NCBI GenBank assembly: GCA_035345735.1
Contig: DAORCZ010000004.1
Location: 1 to 35,173, forward strand
DNA from: Pseudomonadota bacterium
GTDB lineage: Bacteria; Myxococcota_A; Polyangia; Palsa-1104; JAEUJZ01
Reading direction: 5' to 3'
Length of the DNA stretch: 35,173 nucleotides
Below are positions 7,950 to 16,447 of this stretch, piece by piece (within the stretch, counting starts at the first letter, position 1; every line of letters starts with the position of its first letter). The notes beneath the pieces are model-generated. The model saw only the letters and a program-made list of their open reading frames with translations, had not been told where the DNA came from and did not search any database. A program made the position numbers and the translations under genes.

Positions 7950-9247
7950 CGGCGACCTCCGCTTTCATCTAGACAGTCGTTTCTGAGCACCGCGTCCAGG
8001 CGCGCTGTCCGCAGCAACAGCACACCTGCCGCGCATAGCGACACCGCGGCCAGCACGGCGAAGAACAGGCCATGCGGCCAGCGCGACCACAGCAGGCCGA
8101 GCAGCCCCGCGGCGACATTGCCAACGGCGCCCGCTGCGAACCACAGGCCAATCGCTTGTCCGCTGCGACCCGCAGGGGCGAGGCGCGTGATTAGCGACAT
8201 GCTTAGCGGACCCAGAAAGATCTCCGCGATCGACAGCAGGATGTAGCAGCCTAGTAGCCAACCAGGATGTACGCGTGCTCCGTCGCCAAATCGAAGCGAA
8301 ACTGCCGCCAGCAACGCGAACGCAGCGGATGTGAAGACGTAGCCCCAGACCATCTTCAGCGGCGTCGATGGCTCGGCATCGTGCTCACGCAACCACGTCG
8401 CGAGCAGGCCCCACGCAGGCAGCAGCGCGATCACCAGCAGACCATGCAGCGACGCAAAGTCCGTTGGGCCAATACGAATTGAATGACCATTCAGCGTGAT
8501 CGATCGCGCCGTGTTCGATTCAGCGAACAGCGCCAGCGATCCACCTGGCTGCATCGCGGTCAGCCAGAACACGACGGCGAGCGCGGAGAGCAGCCACACT
8601 GCGCGCCATCGATCACGCGTGTTTGTATCGGGATGACCTTCCCGATGCATTGGCAGTGGCTGCGGCTCGGCCTGCGGCAAGCGACTCGCCAGCGATGCCA
8701 GCAAGAGCGCGCCGAGCAGCAGGACAATCGTGGCTAACGTGAACAGGCGCGGCCAGTACGCACCGGCCCACGTGCGCTCTGCACACAGCGGCCCGACAAT
8801 GCCCGCGACATTGATCGCGAGGTACTGAATCAGGAAGCTGCGATCGCGTCCCGCATCAGTCGATGAAGTGGCGCCGATCAGCGTGGTCATGCTCGGACGG
8901 AACAGGCTGTGACCAGCGACCACGATCGCGAGCGCAGGCCACAGTAGCAGCGCCACATCCGACGCCAGTAGCGCATGCCCTAGCGTCAGCAGCGCGACAC
9001 CCAGCAGTAGCCCGGTCGTCGGGCCGAGCCTGTGATCAGTCAGCATGCCGCCGGGCAGGCCCCCGACGTAGGACAGCGCGTTGAACAAGCCGAGGACCAG
9101 CAGCGCCGTTGGCTCAGTCAGACCGTGGCGACGATGCAGATACAAAACAAACAGCGGCAGGATCGCGGTGAACGCGAACCGCTCGCAGCCCTGCACGACG
9201 CAGAGCCAGACCAAGGCAGGGGTTGCTCGACCAGACGTGCTTTGCAT
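7946..9247 (-). CDS. MFS transporter of the POT/PTR2 (proton-dependent oligopeptide transporter) type
   Basis: Multiple TM helices. The N-terminal motif GCERFAFTAILPLFVLYL resembles the POT ExxERFxYY signature. ATG at 9247 has GGGAGAAG upstream (the longest ORF would start at 9325). Its stop overlaps the integrase start (ATGA at 7946-7949). Confidence 0.75.
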   Translation of the reverse strand: MQSTSGRATPALVWLCVVQGCERFAFTAILPLFVLYLHRRHGLTEPTALLVLGLFNALSYVGGLPGGMLTDHRLGPTTGLLLGVALLTLGHALLASDVALLLWPALAIVVAGHSLFRPSMTTLIGATSSTDAGRDRSFLIQYLAINVAGIVGPLCAERTWAGAYWPRLFTLATIVLLLGALLLASLASRLPQAEPQPLPMHREGHPDTNTRDRWRAVWLLSALAVVFWLTAMQPGGSLALFAESNTARSITLNGHSIRIGPTDFASLHGLLVIALLPAWGLLATWLREHDAEPSTPLKMVWGYVFTSAAFALLAAVSLRFGDGARVHPGWLLGCYILLSIAEIFLGPLSMSLITRLAPAGRSGQAIGLWFAAGAVGNVAAGLLGLLWSRWPHGLFFAVLAAVSLCAAGVLLLRTARLDAVLRNDCLDESGGRR

Positions 9248-9477
9248 ACACTTCTCCCGTTTGCGGCGGGCGCTGGTTTCCAGGCCGTGGCCCGTCGCAG
9301 GCAAGGGAGCGGGCGCAGGCTCCACCCTGCGTCCGCTCCTGTTTCATCCCGGCCGCTCAGCCAGAGCGCAAGACAGCCGTACCAGAGTCTCTAGACCTGG
9401 TGGCGCAGACGTGGCAGGGTGTGCGATGCGTTTGTTAGCAGCCGAGAAGCATTAGCGAACAACCTCAAACTATGATC

Positions 9478-9516
9478 GCAAATGTTTGCAGTCAACAATC
9501 ATCTGCAAACATTTCT
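9478..9516. promoter_or_regulatory. Paired palindromic operator-like sites upstream of the RHH gene
   Basis: GCAAATGTTTGC (9478-9489) and GCAAACATTTCT (9505-9516). nt 9480-9491 and 9503-9514 form a perfect 12-nt inverted repeat with an 11-nt spacer, ending 10 nt before the ATG at 9525. Confidence 0.5.
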
Positions 9517-9524
9517 CGCATGCC

Positions 9525-9710
9525 ATGCCGAAAACTGCCGCCATCGGGGTCCGTGTCGATCCCAAGATCAAAGAAGCCGCCGAACGCGCCGCCGCCGAGG
9601 ACCACCGCTCGGTAGCGTCCCTTTTGGAAAAACTGCTGACGGAGTATCTGACGGAGAAGGGCTATCTAGGCACAGGCCGCAGCAGTGGCGGCAAGGATGC
9701 CCGCCGCTAG
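9525..9710 (+). CDS. Ribbon-helix-helix (CopG/Arc-type) DNA-binding protein
   Basis: MPKTAAIGVRVDPKIKEAAERAAAEDHRSVASLLEKLL fits the beta-strand, helix, helix pattern of RHH repressors and antitoxins. Small size (61 aa). Confidence 0.65.
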   Translation: MPKTAAIGVRVDPKIKEAAERAAAEDHRSVASLLEKLLTEYLTEKGYLGTGRSSGGKDARR

Positions 9711-9728
9711 CCGGGTCATGCTGTCAAC

Positions 9729-9762
9729 GCGTCAGCGTACCTGACGCTTCGGTGACTTGTTG
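9729..9762 (+). terminator. Candidate intrinsic terminator after the RHH gene
   Basis: GCGTCAG-cgtac-CTGACGC perfect 7-bp stem (9729-9747), followed by a moderately T-rich tail ttcggtgacttgttg. Confidence 0.3.
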
Positions 9763-9875
9763 ATGCCTGGTCGACGGTGTGCTCGCAGACCAGCGGAGCT
9801 TGGCCAGACGGATCCATGATCTGTCATGATGCCTTTTGACGGATCCTAAAGACGGATCGCAGGGGGGGGCAGTTC

Positions 9876-10985
9876 ATGTCAGAGCAGGGGCACACCGACA
9901 AGCGGTGCGCGCAGTGCGCAGGACCCATCCAGGCGAAGGGTCGTCGAGACCGCAAGTACTGTTCGCCAACGTGCCGGACTGCGGCTTGGTCTGCCCGTGC
10001 AGGCAAAAGGCCGCTGGCGGCACATTCGTCCGCGTCTGGCGCCGAGCCGCGACAGGCCAGCGGTCTCGCAAACGGCAGCGCCGGGTTGAATGATCTGTCG
10101 GTGCAGGCGATTGCTCAGGCCGTGGTGGCGGCCATCGCCGAGTTATCAGGGCGGCAGCAACCGTCCCTTGCAATGGCCGATGTTGCCGCCGTGTTGGATG
10201 GGATGCCTCCAAATGGTTCATCCACATCCCCGGTGCAGGAACAGATGCAGGCCATGAAGCGGCTGCAGGAGGAGGTCATGCACCTGCGTGATGAGTTGGC
10301 TCAGATGCGACAAGAGCAAGAGGAGTGCTGGTCGCAATGCAAAGCAGCGCTGGAAGTGGAGAGCATGGCGGGAAGGCACGCCGCACATCAGAGGCAACAA
10401 CTGGCTAAAGACGTGACCACCTTGGGCGAAACCCTGACCAAGCTCCGCGCGGTCGCCGAACGGACTCGGAACGACGTTTTTGACCTCAGAGACTGGCTCT
10501 ACGAAACACGGCGAGAACAGCCAAGTCTGGACGATGTAGTCGCGGGCCTACCGCCTTCGCAGCAGCAGTTTCTCAAGCGCGTGCTGTCGGAACAAAGCCA
10601 GACGGTTCAGGCTGATGTCGGTCGGTTAGGCGACCCGCTGCTTTTTCTGATGCGAAAGAAGGTCATCTTCCAACACGAGCTCGCACTACTGCGCCGCACC
10701 AGCTATTTGCAGGGCTCGGCAAGGCGTCTACCTGATGACCGACCGGAGACGCTTGAGCAGTCGATCCAATACGCCGCGCAAGAGGCTCGCGAACTGTTCA
10801 TGGAAAAACAGCGGCAATTCAAGTCGGGCAAAGCCAGATGGCTCCCAGATAGGAGCCGCCTCGATGAGGAGAGCGAACTCCTGCTGCGCCGGGAACAAGA
10901 GGCCGTGATTGAAAAAATCGAAGATGAGCTCGCGACCGCGCGCCGCAGGAAGGAAGAGGAGGAACATGAGGGCAGACGGCGCTAG
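9876..10985 (+). CDS. Zn-ribbon plus coiled-coil protein (369 aa), function unknown
   Basis: N-terminal CAQCAGPIQAKGRRDRKYCSPTCR (CxxC...CxxC ribbon). Long Q/E/R-rich predicted coiled coil and a basic/acidic tail. ATG preceded by a G8 tract (9862-9869). Confidence 0.6.
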   Translation: MSEQGHTDKRCAQCAGPIQAKGRRDRKYCSPTCRTAAWSARAGKRPLAAHSSASGAEPRQASGLANGSAGLNDLSVQAIAQAVVAAIAELSGRQQPSLAMADVAAVLDGMPPNGSSTSPVQEQMQAMKRLQEEVMHLRDELAQMRQEQEECWSQCKAALEVESMAGRHAAHQRQQLAKDVTTLGETLTKLRAVAERTRNDVFDLRDWLYETRREQPSLDDVVAGLPPSQQQFLKRVLSEQSQTVQADVGRLGDPLLFLMRKKVIFQHELALLRRTSYLQGSARRLPDDRPETLEQSIQYAAQEARELFMEKQRQFKSGKARWLPDRSRLDEESELLLRREQEAVIEKIEDELATARRRKEEEEHEGRRR

Positions 10986-11277
10986 GTTCGGCAGGGCATG
11001 TGAGGGCATTGAAAGACGGAGCGAGTAGCAAGTCCAGGACATGCGTCGGCGGCAGTTCGACGCCGGGAATCGAAATCATTGAGAGACGACTTCGTCCACG
11101 ACTTCGCCTCGTTGACCGACAAGGGGAAATCGCGTGCAAACGGGAGGCCTCACGATGCGACGCCGTTGGCGCACCATTGGCAGTCACTGCCCCGGAAAGG
11201 ACAGCAGTCCGGCGTTAGAGACGCAGCCGCCGCCCGCCCAGCAAGCAGGGTGCGAACGCTGCGATCCTCGCCCCCGG

Positions 11278-12324
11278 CTACTTCACCCTCTTTGTCCCCG
11301 GTGAGCGCTTCCCAGGCAGGACCAGGACAGCGCGATCAAAATCGCTCGGCGCAGCGGCTGCTCCTTCGAGCCGTTTCTGGTGGAATTTGTCGTACTCATG
11401 CTCGGCAAATTCCTTGGCCATGTCGTGCGAGATGCGGCCCGCGTGCTGCAGGATCTCACGGCTGTTCAGCGTCAAGAAGGCATGCAGCTTGGCGATCCAG
11501 TCGCGCATGTACATGGGAATGCGGCGCATCGCCTGGCCCTCGGCGAACAGAAGGTACTGCTCGACCAGATTGTTCAGCGCAGCCAATTCGTCCTCGGACA
11601 GATAGTTCTTCGCGATGCTGACGTCGCCCTTGCGGACCTTGGGACCGCGCCAGTTGGTCAGGCCCATGTTGGGCTGCTCGGCGTTGGCGCGCTCGCGGAT
11701 GATCTCGGCGGCGGTGTGGCCGGTGATGGCCCAGTGCAGCTTGTTCTGAACTGTCTGAAAGAACTGAATGCTGACGTCCTGTGTCGGGTCGTAATCGAGG
11801 CTGGTCGCGTAGATGTCGGTGATTTTCTGATAGAAGCGCCGCTCCGACGTGCGGATGTCTTGAATCCGCCGCAGCAGCTCTTCGAAGTAGTCGAATGGCT
11901 GGTCGGGATTCTTCAGCCGCTCGTCGTCCATGACGAAGCCTTTGACGATGAACTCGCGCAGCTTCTGGGTCGCCCAGATGCGAAAGCGCGTCGCCGTATG
12001 ACTGGTCACGCGGTAACCAACCGAGATGATCGCATCCAGGCTGTAGAAGCTAGTTCGGTACTTCTTCCCGTCGCTGGCAGTAGTAAAGAAGATCTTTACT
12101 ACTGCCTCTTCGGACAGCTCGCCTTCGGTAAAGATGTTCTTCAGGTGCTGGCTGATGTTCTGCTTGCTGGTCTGAAACAGCTCAGCCATGTGCTGCTGCG
12201 TCAGCCACACCGTCTCGCCCTGCAGCCGCACGTCCAGCTTCAGCTTCCCGTCCTCAGCCTGATAGACCAGAAACTGCCCCAGCTCAGGCGGGGCAAGCGC
12301 GGGCTCGATGTCGTCGTGGGTCAC
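11278..12324 (-). CDS. rhuM: RhuM-family protein
   Basis: LKLDVRLQGETVWLTQQHMAELFQTSKQNISQHLKNIFTEGEL ... YSLDAIISVGYRVTSHTATRFRIWATQ is the characteristic RhuM N-terminal HTH region. GTG start with GAGGA upstream. Confidence 0.85.
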   Translation of the reverse strand: MTHDDIEPALAPPELGQFLVYQAEDGKLKLDVRLQGETVWLTQQHMAELFQTSKQNISQHLKNIFTEGELSEEAVVKIFFTTASDGKKYRTSFYSLDAIISVGYRVTSHTATRFRIWATQKLREFIVKGFVMDDERLKNPDQPFDYFEELLRRIQDIRTSERRFYQKITDIYATSLDYDPTQDVSIQFFQTVQNKLHWAITGHTAAEIIRERANAEQPNMGLTNWRGPKVRKGDVSIAKNYLSEDELAALNNLVEQYLLFAEGQAMRRIPMYMRDWIAKLHAFLTLNSREILQHAGRISHDMAKEFAEHEYDKFHQKRLEGAAAAPSDFDRAVLVLPGKRSPGTKRVK

Positions 12325-12682
12325 GGGAGGGTCCTCGCAGGCGGCGTCGTAAACAGCGATCGGCAGCCACGCTCAACAAGGCTGCTCATCGCAGAGCGCG
12401 ATCTATAGCGCGGTTCCCTGACGCCCGGCAGTTGAATCCAGCCACTCGACTCGTGCGCGCTGACGGGCCATCGAGCGAGGCTGGCCTAGCCAACGACCCG
12501 CCAATCCCAAACGCAACTGATCAGCGGAGAGCGCTCGCAACCATGGCCAGCGTCCCGAATACGGCTATGAAGACCAAGGTCCTGATCAGGCCAACGCCCG
12601 AGGAGACAGTCGAATTACTTGGCTCACGATGTTGGCGATCGAACTGCCAGCGTGAGTTCCAATAGAACAGTGTTGCTGACGT

Positions 12683-14659
12683 CTAACTTGCCAGCCAGTC
12701 AGTGGGCACGAGGGCTTTCCCGTCCCGCCATACATCGACCAAGTGGGCATCGACATGAGCCCATACATCCTTGCTCGCATGGTCCAGCACTAGGATCTGT
12801 AGGCCCTTGCTCGCCTTAGCAGCTGCACCGAGTGTGACGAATATCTTGCGAACCGCTGCAATGTCTTCATCGCCGAGGATCGGGTCGTCTCCCTCCTTGG
12901 CCTCTTTGGCGAGTGTTCGTGGGAAGTAGACTTGGCTCGGTTGGTCGAGAACGAGCAAGCTCGGTACCGAGCTGGTCTTGAGGCTGAGGAATAGATCGTG
13001 GAGGCCAAGCATTGCAGCGATGTGGTACGAGAGCCAGTTCGCGCCGCTGCCGATTTCCCAGAGAAAGTCGGGTCGCCCAGACCTTCCCGTCACACGGATC
13101 GTCAGATCGTCGATGTTCAACTCGGCAGGGTCGTTCGGACGCTCCGAGTCGAGGCCGGGAAGGAGCCTCGCCATAGTCGCAGTCACGCGGGCGAGCGCCG
13201 CTTTCTGTCGCTCTCGCGCTGCTCCATCCGAGATACCTGCGCGGAGCTGGTCGAGCCGAACCTTCAGATCTGCCACTTCCGCTGCAAGCGCTGGATCTCC
13301 ATCGGGTGTTTTCAACACGATTAGTGCCTGCTCTATGCGACCGAGGAAGCGATCGACGGCAGTTCGTCGCCACCGTTCCCTCTGAATGCGTGTTGAGCGG
13401 GCTTCGATGGCCTGCTTTCGCGAACGCACCCCCTTCAATCTGTCGGTGAACTGCCGCACCTGCTCGCGCACCTGGACCAACTCCTTGTCGAACGCTGCTG
13501 GAACCGGCTCAAACTGGCGGGCGTTCGCCTCCACGTTCGCCAATGCGTCGCACAGCGCATCGAGTTCGTCGGTTGCGTGGTCGAGCCCGCCGCCGCACAC
13601 AGGACAAGTCGCGTCAGTGCTACCCGCGAGGTCACGCAGCCACCGCGAGAGCTGCAGGCGATCTCGCTGTTTCTTCAGCGCGCCCGTGTAGTCGGTCACC
13701 GTTGAGCGCAGCTTGGTCATGTTGTCCAACCGCACCTTCACCTCGGCGAGCTGCAGCGAGATTTCCCCCTCCTCTTTATCGAGACCAGCGGTCTCGGCAG
13801 CCGCTGCATCTAAAGCGCTGTCAGAAACGAGGGCGTCGTCCGATGTCTTCTGGACGACCTCCTCGAGCGATGCCAGTAGCTGCTCGGGGCGTTGGCCAGG
13901 GGAGGCGCTATCGGACGAGATGAGCCCCAAGTCTCGCGCCTCTGAAACCCAGTTCTGAAGCTCCGCGCTCCACCGCTCTGAAGCGGTGCGTTGTGCACTC
14001 AGCTCTCTCTCCTTGCGTCGATATTCTCGAACGAGCTGATCAAGTTCCCAACGCCGAGCGAGAACGTCAGGAGTCACCGCGCCAAGGACATACGGGAAGA
14101 TCGTTCGAAGCTTCTCCTTGTGCTCCATTGTGTCGGCCCTGAAGAACAACACATCGGGATTGGCGACAATGTTCTGCGGCTGAAACGTGAACGCGAGCAG
14201 ATCGCGGAAGCTGGGGCGGGCCTTGAAGTTGTTGCCCTGAGCCGCGGGGTCAAAGCTGAGGTTCGACAGTCCAGCGAGTTTGTCGAGCATCCTTTTCACT
14301 GCATCTACATTGGTATTCTTCTCGCGTACCGAGTGCGGGATGTCGATAGTCTCGCCTTCAAGCAGGAACATGTCCCCCGTGCTTTGCTGGTCGCCGGGCT
14401 CACGTCTGGCGAGCAGCTTCTCGCCGTCATCTGTAGCAATGACGACACCGAACCAGGAACAAGCGTCACGAATCGTCTTTACAGGCACAGCGCACCGATC
14501 GGAACCTAGGCAGTAGTCGATGATCGGAATCACTGCAGACTTACCCGTCTTTGATGCGCCCGTGATCACGTTCAGTTTGTTGGCAGCGAACGACACGACA
14601 CGCGGTTCGAACTGCTCGTTGCGGGGCCAGAGGACAAGGCTTCTGATTTGGAGGTGCAT
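12683..14659 (-). CDS. DUF3732-type ABC/SMC-like ATPase of a three-component ABC (ABC-3C) system
   Basis: N-terminus MHLQIRSLVLWPRNEQFEPRVVSFAANKLNVITGASKTGKSAVIPIIDYCLGSDRCAVPVKTIRDACSWFG is the canonical DUF3732 start. Walker A GASKTGKS at 14537-14560. Long coiled coil with CPVC at 13595-13606. Signature-like GSGANW. Walker B LLVLDQPS. The ATG at 14659 lies 1 nt after the upstream stop. Confidence 0.9.
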   Translation of the reverse strand: MHLQIRSLVLWPRNEQFEPRVVSFAANKLNVITGASKTGKSAVIPIIDYCLGSDRCAVPVKTIRDACSWFGVVIATDDGEKLLARREPGDQQSTGDMFLLEGETIDIPHSVREKNTNVDAVKRMLDKLAGLSNLSFDPAAQGNNFKARPSFRDLLAFTFQPQNIVANPDVLFFRADTMEHKEKLRTIFPYVLGAVTPDVLARRWELDQLVREYRRKERELSAQRTASERWSAELQNWVSEARDLGLISSDSASPGQRPEQLLASLEEVVQKTSDDALVSDSALDAAAAETAGLDKEEGEISLQLAEVKVRLDNMTKLRSTVTDYTGALKKQRDRLQLSRWLRDLAGSTDATCPVCGGGLDHATDELDALCDALANVEANARQFEPVPAAFDKELVQVREQVRQFTDRLKGVRSRKQAIEARSTRIQRERWRRTAVDRFLGRIEQALIVLKTPDGDPALAAEVADLKVRLDQLRAGISDGAARERQKAALARVTATMARLLPGLDSERPNDPAELNIDDLTIRVTGRSGRPDFLWEIGSGANWLSYHIAAMLGLHDLFLSLKTSSVPSLLVLDQPSQVYFPRTLAKEAKEGDDPILGDEDIAAVRKIFVTLGAAAKASKGLQILVLDHASKDVWAHVDAHLVDVWRDGKALVPTDWLAS

Positions 14660-14660
14660 G

Positions 14661-15149
14661 TCAGAACTCCACCTTGAGCAATCCCGCAACCTCGAAGAGC
14701 GAGACATCGCGGCACCAGGCACCGAGCTTCTCAGCAGACTTCAGAAGGTCGCTTACGGCCCTTGCTTCCGTAGGGGGCACCGCTTGGGACCTAGGCCAGA
14801 GGACCGCTTCTTTCGGAACAAGCGTGACCAACCCCGCCCGAATTGCGATGCGTAGGGAACGCAGAGACAGATCTCGCATCGCGAGCATGCGGGGGTGAAT
14901 TGAAAGCAGGACGTCGCCACGATCGCTGAACTTCGCCTCGAACTTTCTTAGGCCCGAAGCAGCGTGCGTTCCCGCTACTTCTTCGAACGACTTCGCATGG
15001 AACGCGAGCGGGAGAACCAAGAACGCCACCGGCAAGGGGGTGCCGTTCGTACTCGAATTGGGGGAAAATCCGCAGACGAAGCGCCAGAGCAACGTCGCGC
15101 CCAGGGCAGGGTTCTGCATCGCCTGGACTTCGTTGAGGAAAGCCGTCAC
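14661..15149 (-). CDS. ABC-3C middle component (162 aa)
   Basis: The motif QNPALGATLLWRFVCGF ... PLPVAFLVLPLAFH is typical of middle-component proteins found between effector and DUF3732 ATPase. The GTG start overlaps the upstream stop (GTGA, 15146-15149). Confidence 0.75.
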   Translation of the reverse strand: MTAFLNEVQAMQNPALGATLLWRFVCGFSPNSSTNGTPLPVAFLVLPLAFHAKSFEEVAGTHAASGLRKFEAKFSDRGDVLLSIHPRMLAMRDLSLRSLRIAIRAGLVTLVPKEAVLWPRSQAVPPTEARAVSDLLKSAEKLGAWCRDVSLFEVAGLLKVEF

Positions 15150-16447
15150 GCACCACCGCCTTCATCGATGAAGCTGTGCCCTGAAGTGGCTGCTGGGGCG
15201 GTTGCTGCTTGCCCCTTCACAGCCTGTTCGTTCAGTCCGTCTGCCCTGAAGAAATCACGGTAGCGTGGATGCCACCCGATTCGCAGCGAGTCGGCGAGCG
15301 TGTGAACGCTGCCGGGCACGAAGTACATGGGAACATCCATGCCTTGGAGACGCATCTGTAGGCTACTACAGTTGGCATAGAGAAGGCGCCCTCGGTCCTC
15401 CTCAACGGCGGTCCTGTGTTCGATCTCGACGCGGGTCCTTTGGCTATACCAGGCTCGCTCGAGGCCATCCTCGAAGTCACAGAAGCTGCCCTCGATGACG
15501 TCGCCCCGCTCGCTCCATGTCGTCCGATCGACTGCGGAGCGCAGGAAATCGTTCACCGCTTGAACCAAAGCGGATTCCTCGCACTTCACGGCCTCCAGCT
15601 GTCGAACGTAGGTTCGCGCTCGTAGTTCTTTGTCGACATCGGCCTGCGAGATGTCCGCTTGCGTCGACCTGAGCAGGTTCTCAGACCGGTCGAATTTCCT
15701 CGCGGCGCCAACGAGTTGATTATGAAAGTCCTCGTATGGGAGAATAGCGGGCAGTCTCTTCTCAACGAGCTTCTTGATGGTGCGGTCTGCCCAGCCGAGG
15801 AGGTAGAACAGCACTTCTTCACAAGCGCCATCGCTGATCGCTTTCGCTGCGATCAGTGGGAGCAGGTCATCGTTCGGTGCGCCAGAACCTTTTTCGAGCG
15901 TCAGATTCGTGAAAAGGAGGGCAACTACGTCATCAGACGCCGCCAGTACGCCGTTCACATGCTCGCCCAGGTCGGCAGGCAGCTTCGCGCGTGCAGCACG
16001 TCGGGGGGCATTGCCCCAGAACTCGTTGCGTAGCTTTTGAACAAGTGCGTCAGCATCGGCCTTGTTCGTTACTTGATGAATGCGATCGATGACGTCCCCG
16101 TGGTGATCCTGGGCGACATAAAGCACGAACTTCGTGTCCAACTTCAATGCGCCGTCGCGGATAGCGCGGACCCAGTTGTGCAGCGTCTTCCATAAATCGA
16201 CGCTGCGGTCGGCCACCGGGTTATGAGTGAGGCCGCTCTTGTCCTGTTCCGCGAGAACGCCGTCGGGGCCCTGCGTCGCGACATCGTCGAGGTGCTCCAC
16301 GGACACCGCTTGGCCAGGACGTGCGCGAAGGAGGTGGGCGACTGAACGTGTGACTTGAATGACGTAGCCATAGAACTGGCCTGGCACATTGGTGCTGCGC
16401 CTCTTCTTCCTGGTCGTCTTTGGCGTCGCGTTCTTCGTTGTCGTCAT
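15146..16447 (-). CDS. ABC-3C effector: Cap4/DUF4297-like PD-(D/E)xK nuclease N-domain plus ABC-3C C-terminal domain
   Basis: GYVIQVTRSVAHLL...VSVEHLDDVATQGPDGVLAEQDKS matches the G-Y-x-Q ... E-x-x-D ... Q-x-K layout of the Cap4 dsDNA nuclease domain. The C-terminus carries ...PGSVHTLADSLRIGWHPRY. Codon third-position GC rises sharply after the ATG at 16447 (the longest ORF would start at 16546). Confidence 0.75.
   Translation of the reverse strand: MTTTKNATPKTTRKKRRSTNVPGQFYGYVIQVTRSVAHLLRARPGQAVSVEHLDDVATQGPDGVLAEQDKSGLTHNPVADRSVDLWKTLHNWVRAIRDGALKLDTKFVLYVAQDHHGDVIDRIHQVTNKADADALVQKLRNEFWGNAPRRAARAKLPADLGEHVNGVLAASDDVVALLFTNLTLEKGSGAPNDDLLPLIAAKAISDGACEEVLFYLLGWADRTIKKLVEKRLPAILPYEDFHNQLVGAARKFDRSENLLRSTQADISQADVDKELRARTYVRQLEAVKCEESALVQAVNDFLRSAVDRTTWSERGDVIEGSFCDFEDGLERAWYSQRTRVEIEHRTAVEEDRGRLLYANCSSLQMRLQGMDVPMYFVPGSVHTLADSLRIGWHPRYRDFFRADGLNEQAVKGQAATAPAATSGHSFIDEGGGA

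Noticed and set aside
12619-12700. Plus-strand peptide ...SSNRTVLLTSNLPASQW, reminiscent of the IstB (IS21 helper ATPase) C-terminal motif and suggesting an IS remnant.
   Set aside because: Half of the match is simply the antisense of the last codons of the DUF3732 ATPase (…LVPTDWLAS). The frame has stops just upstream, and no further IstB similarity follows in any frame.
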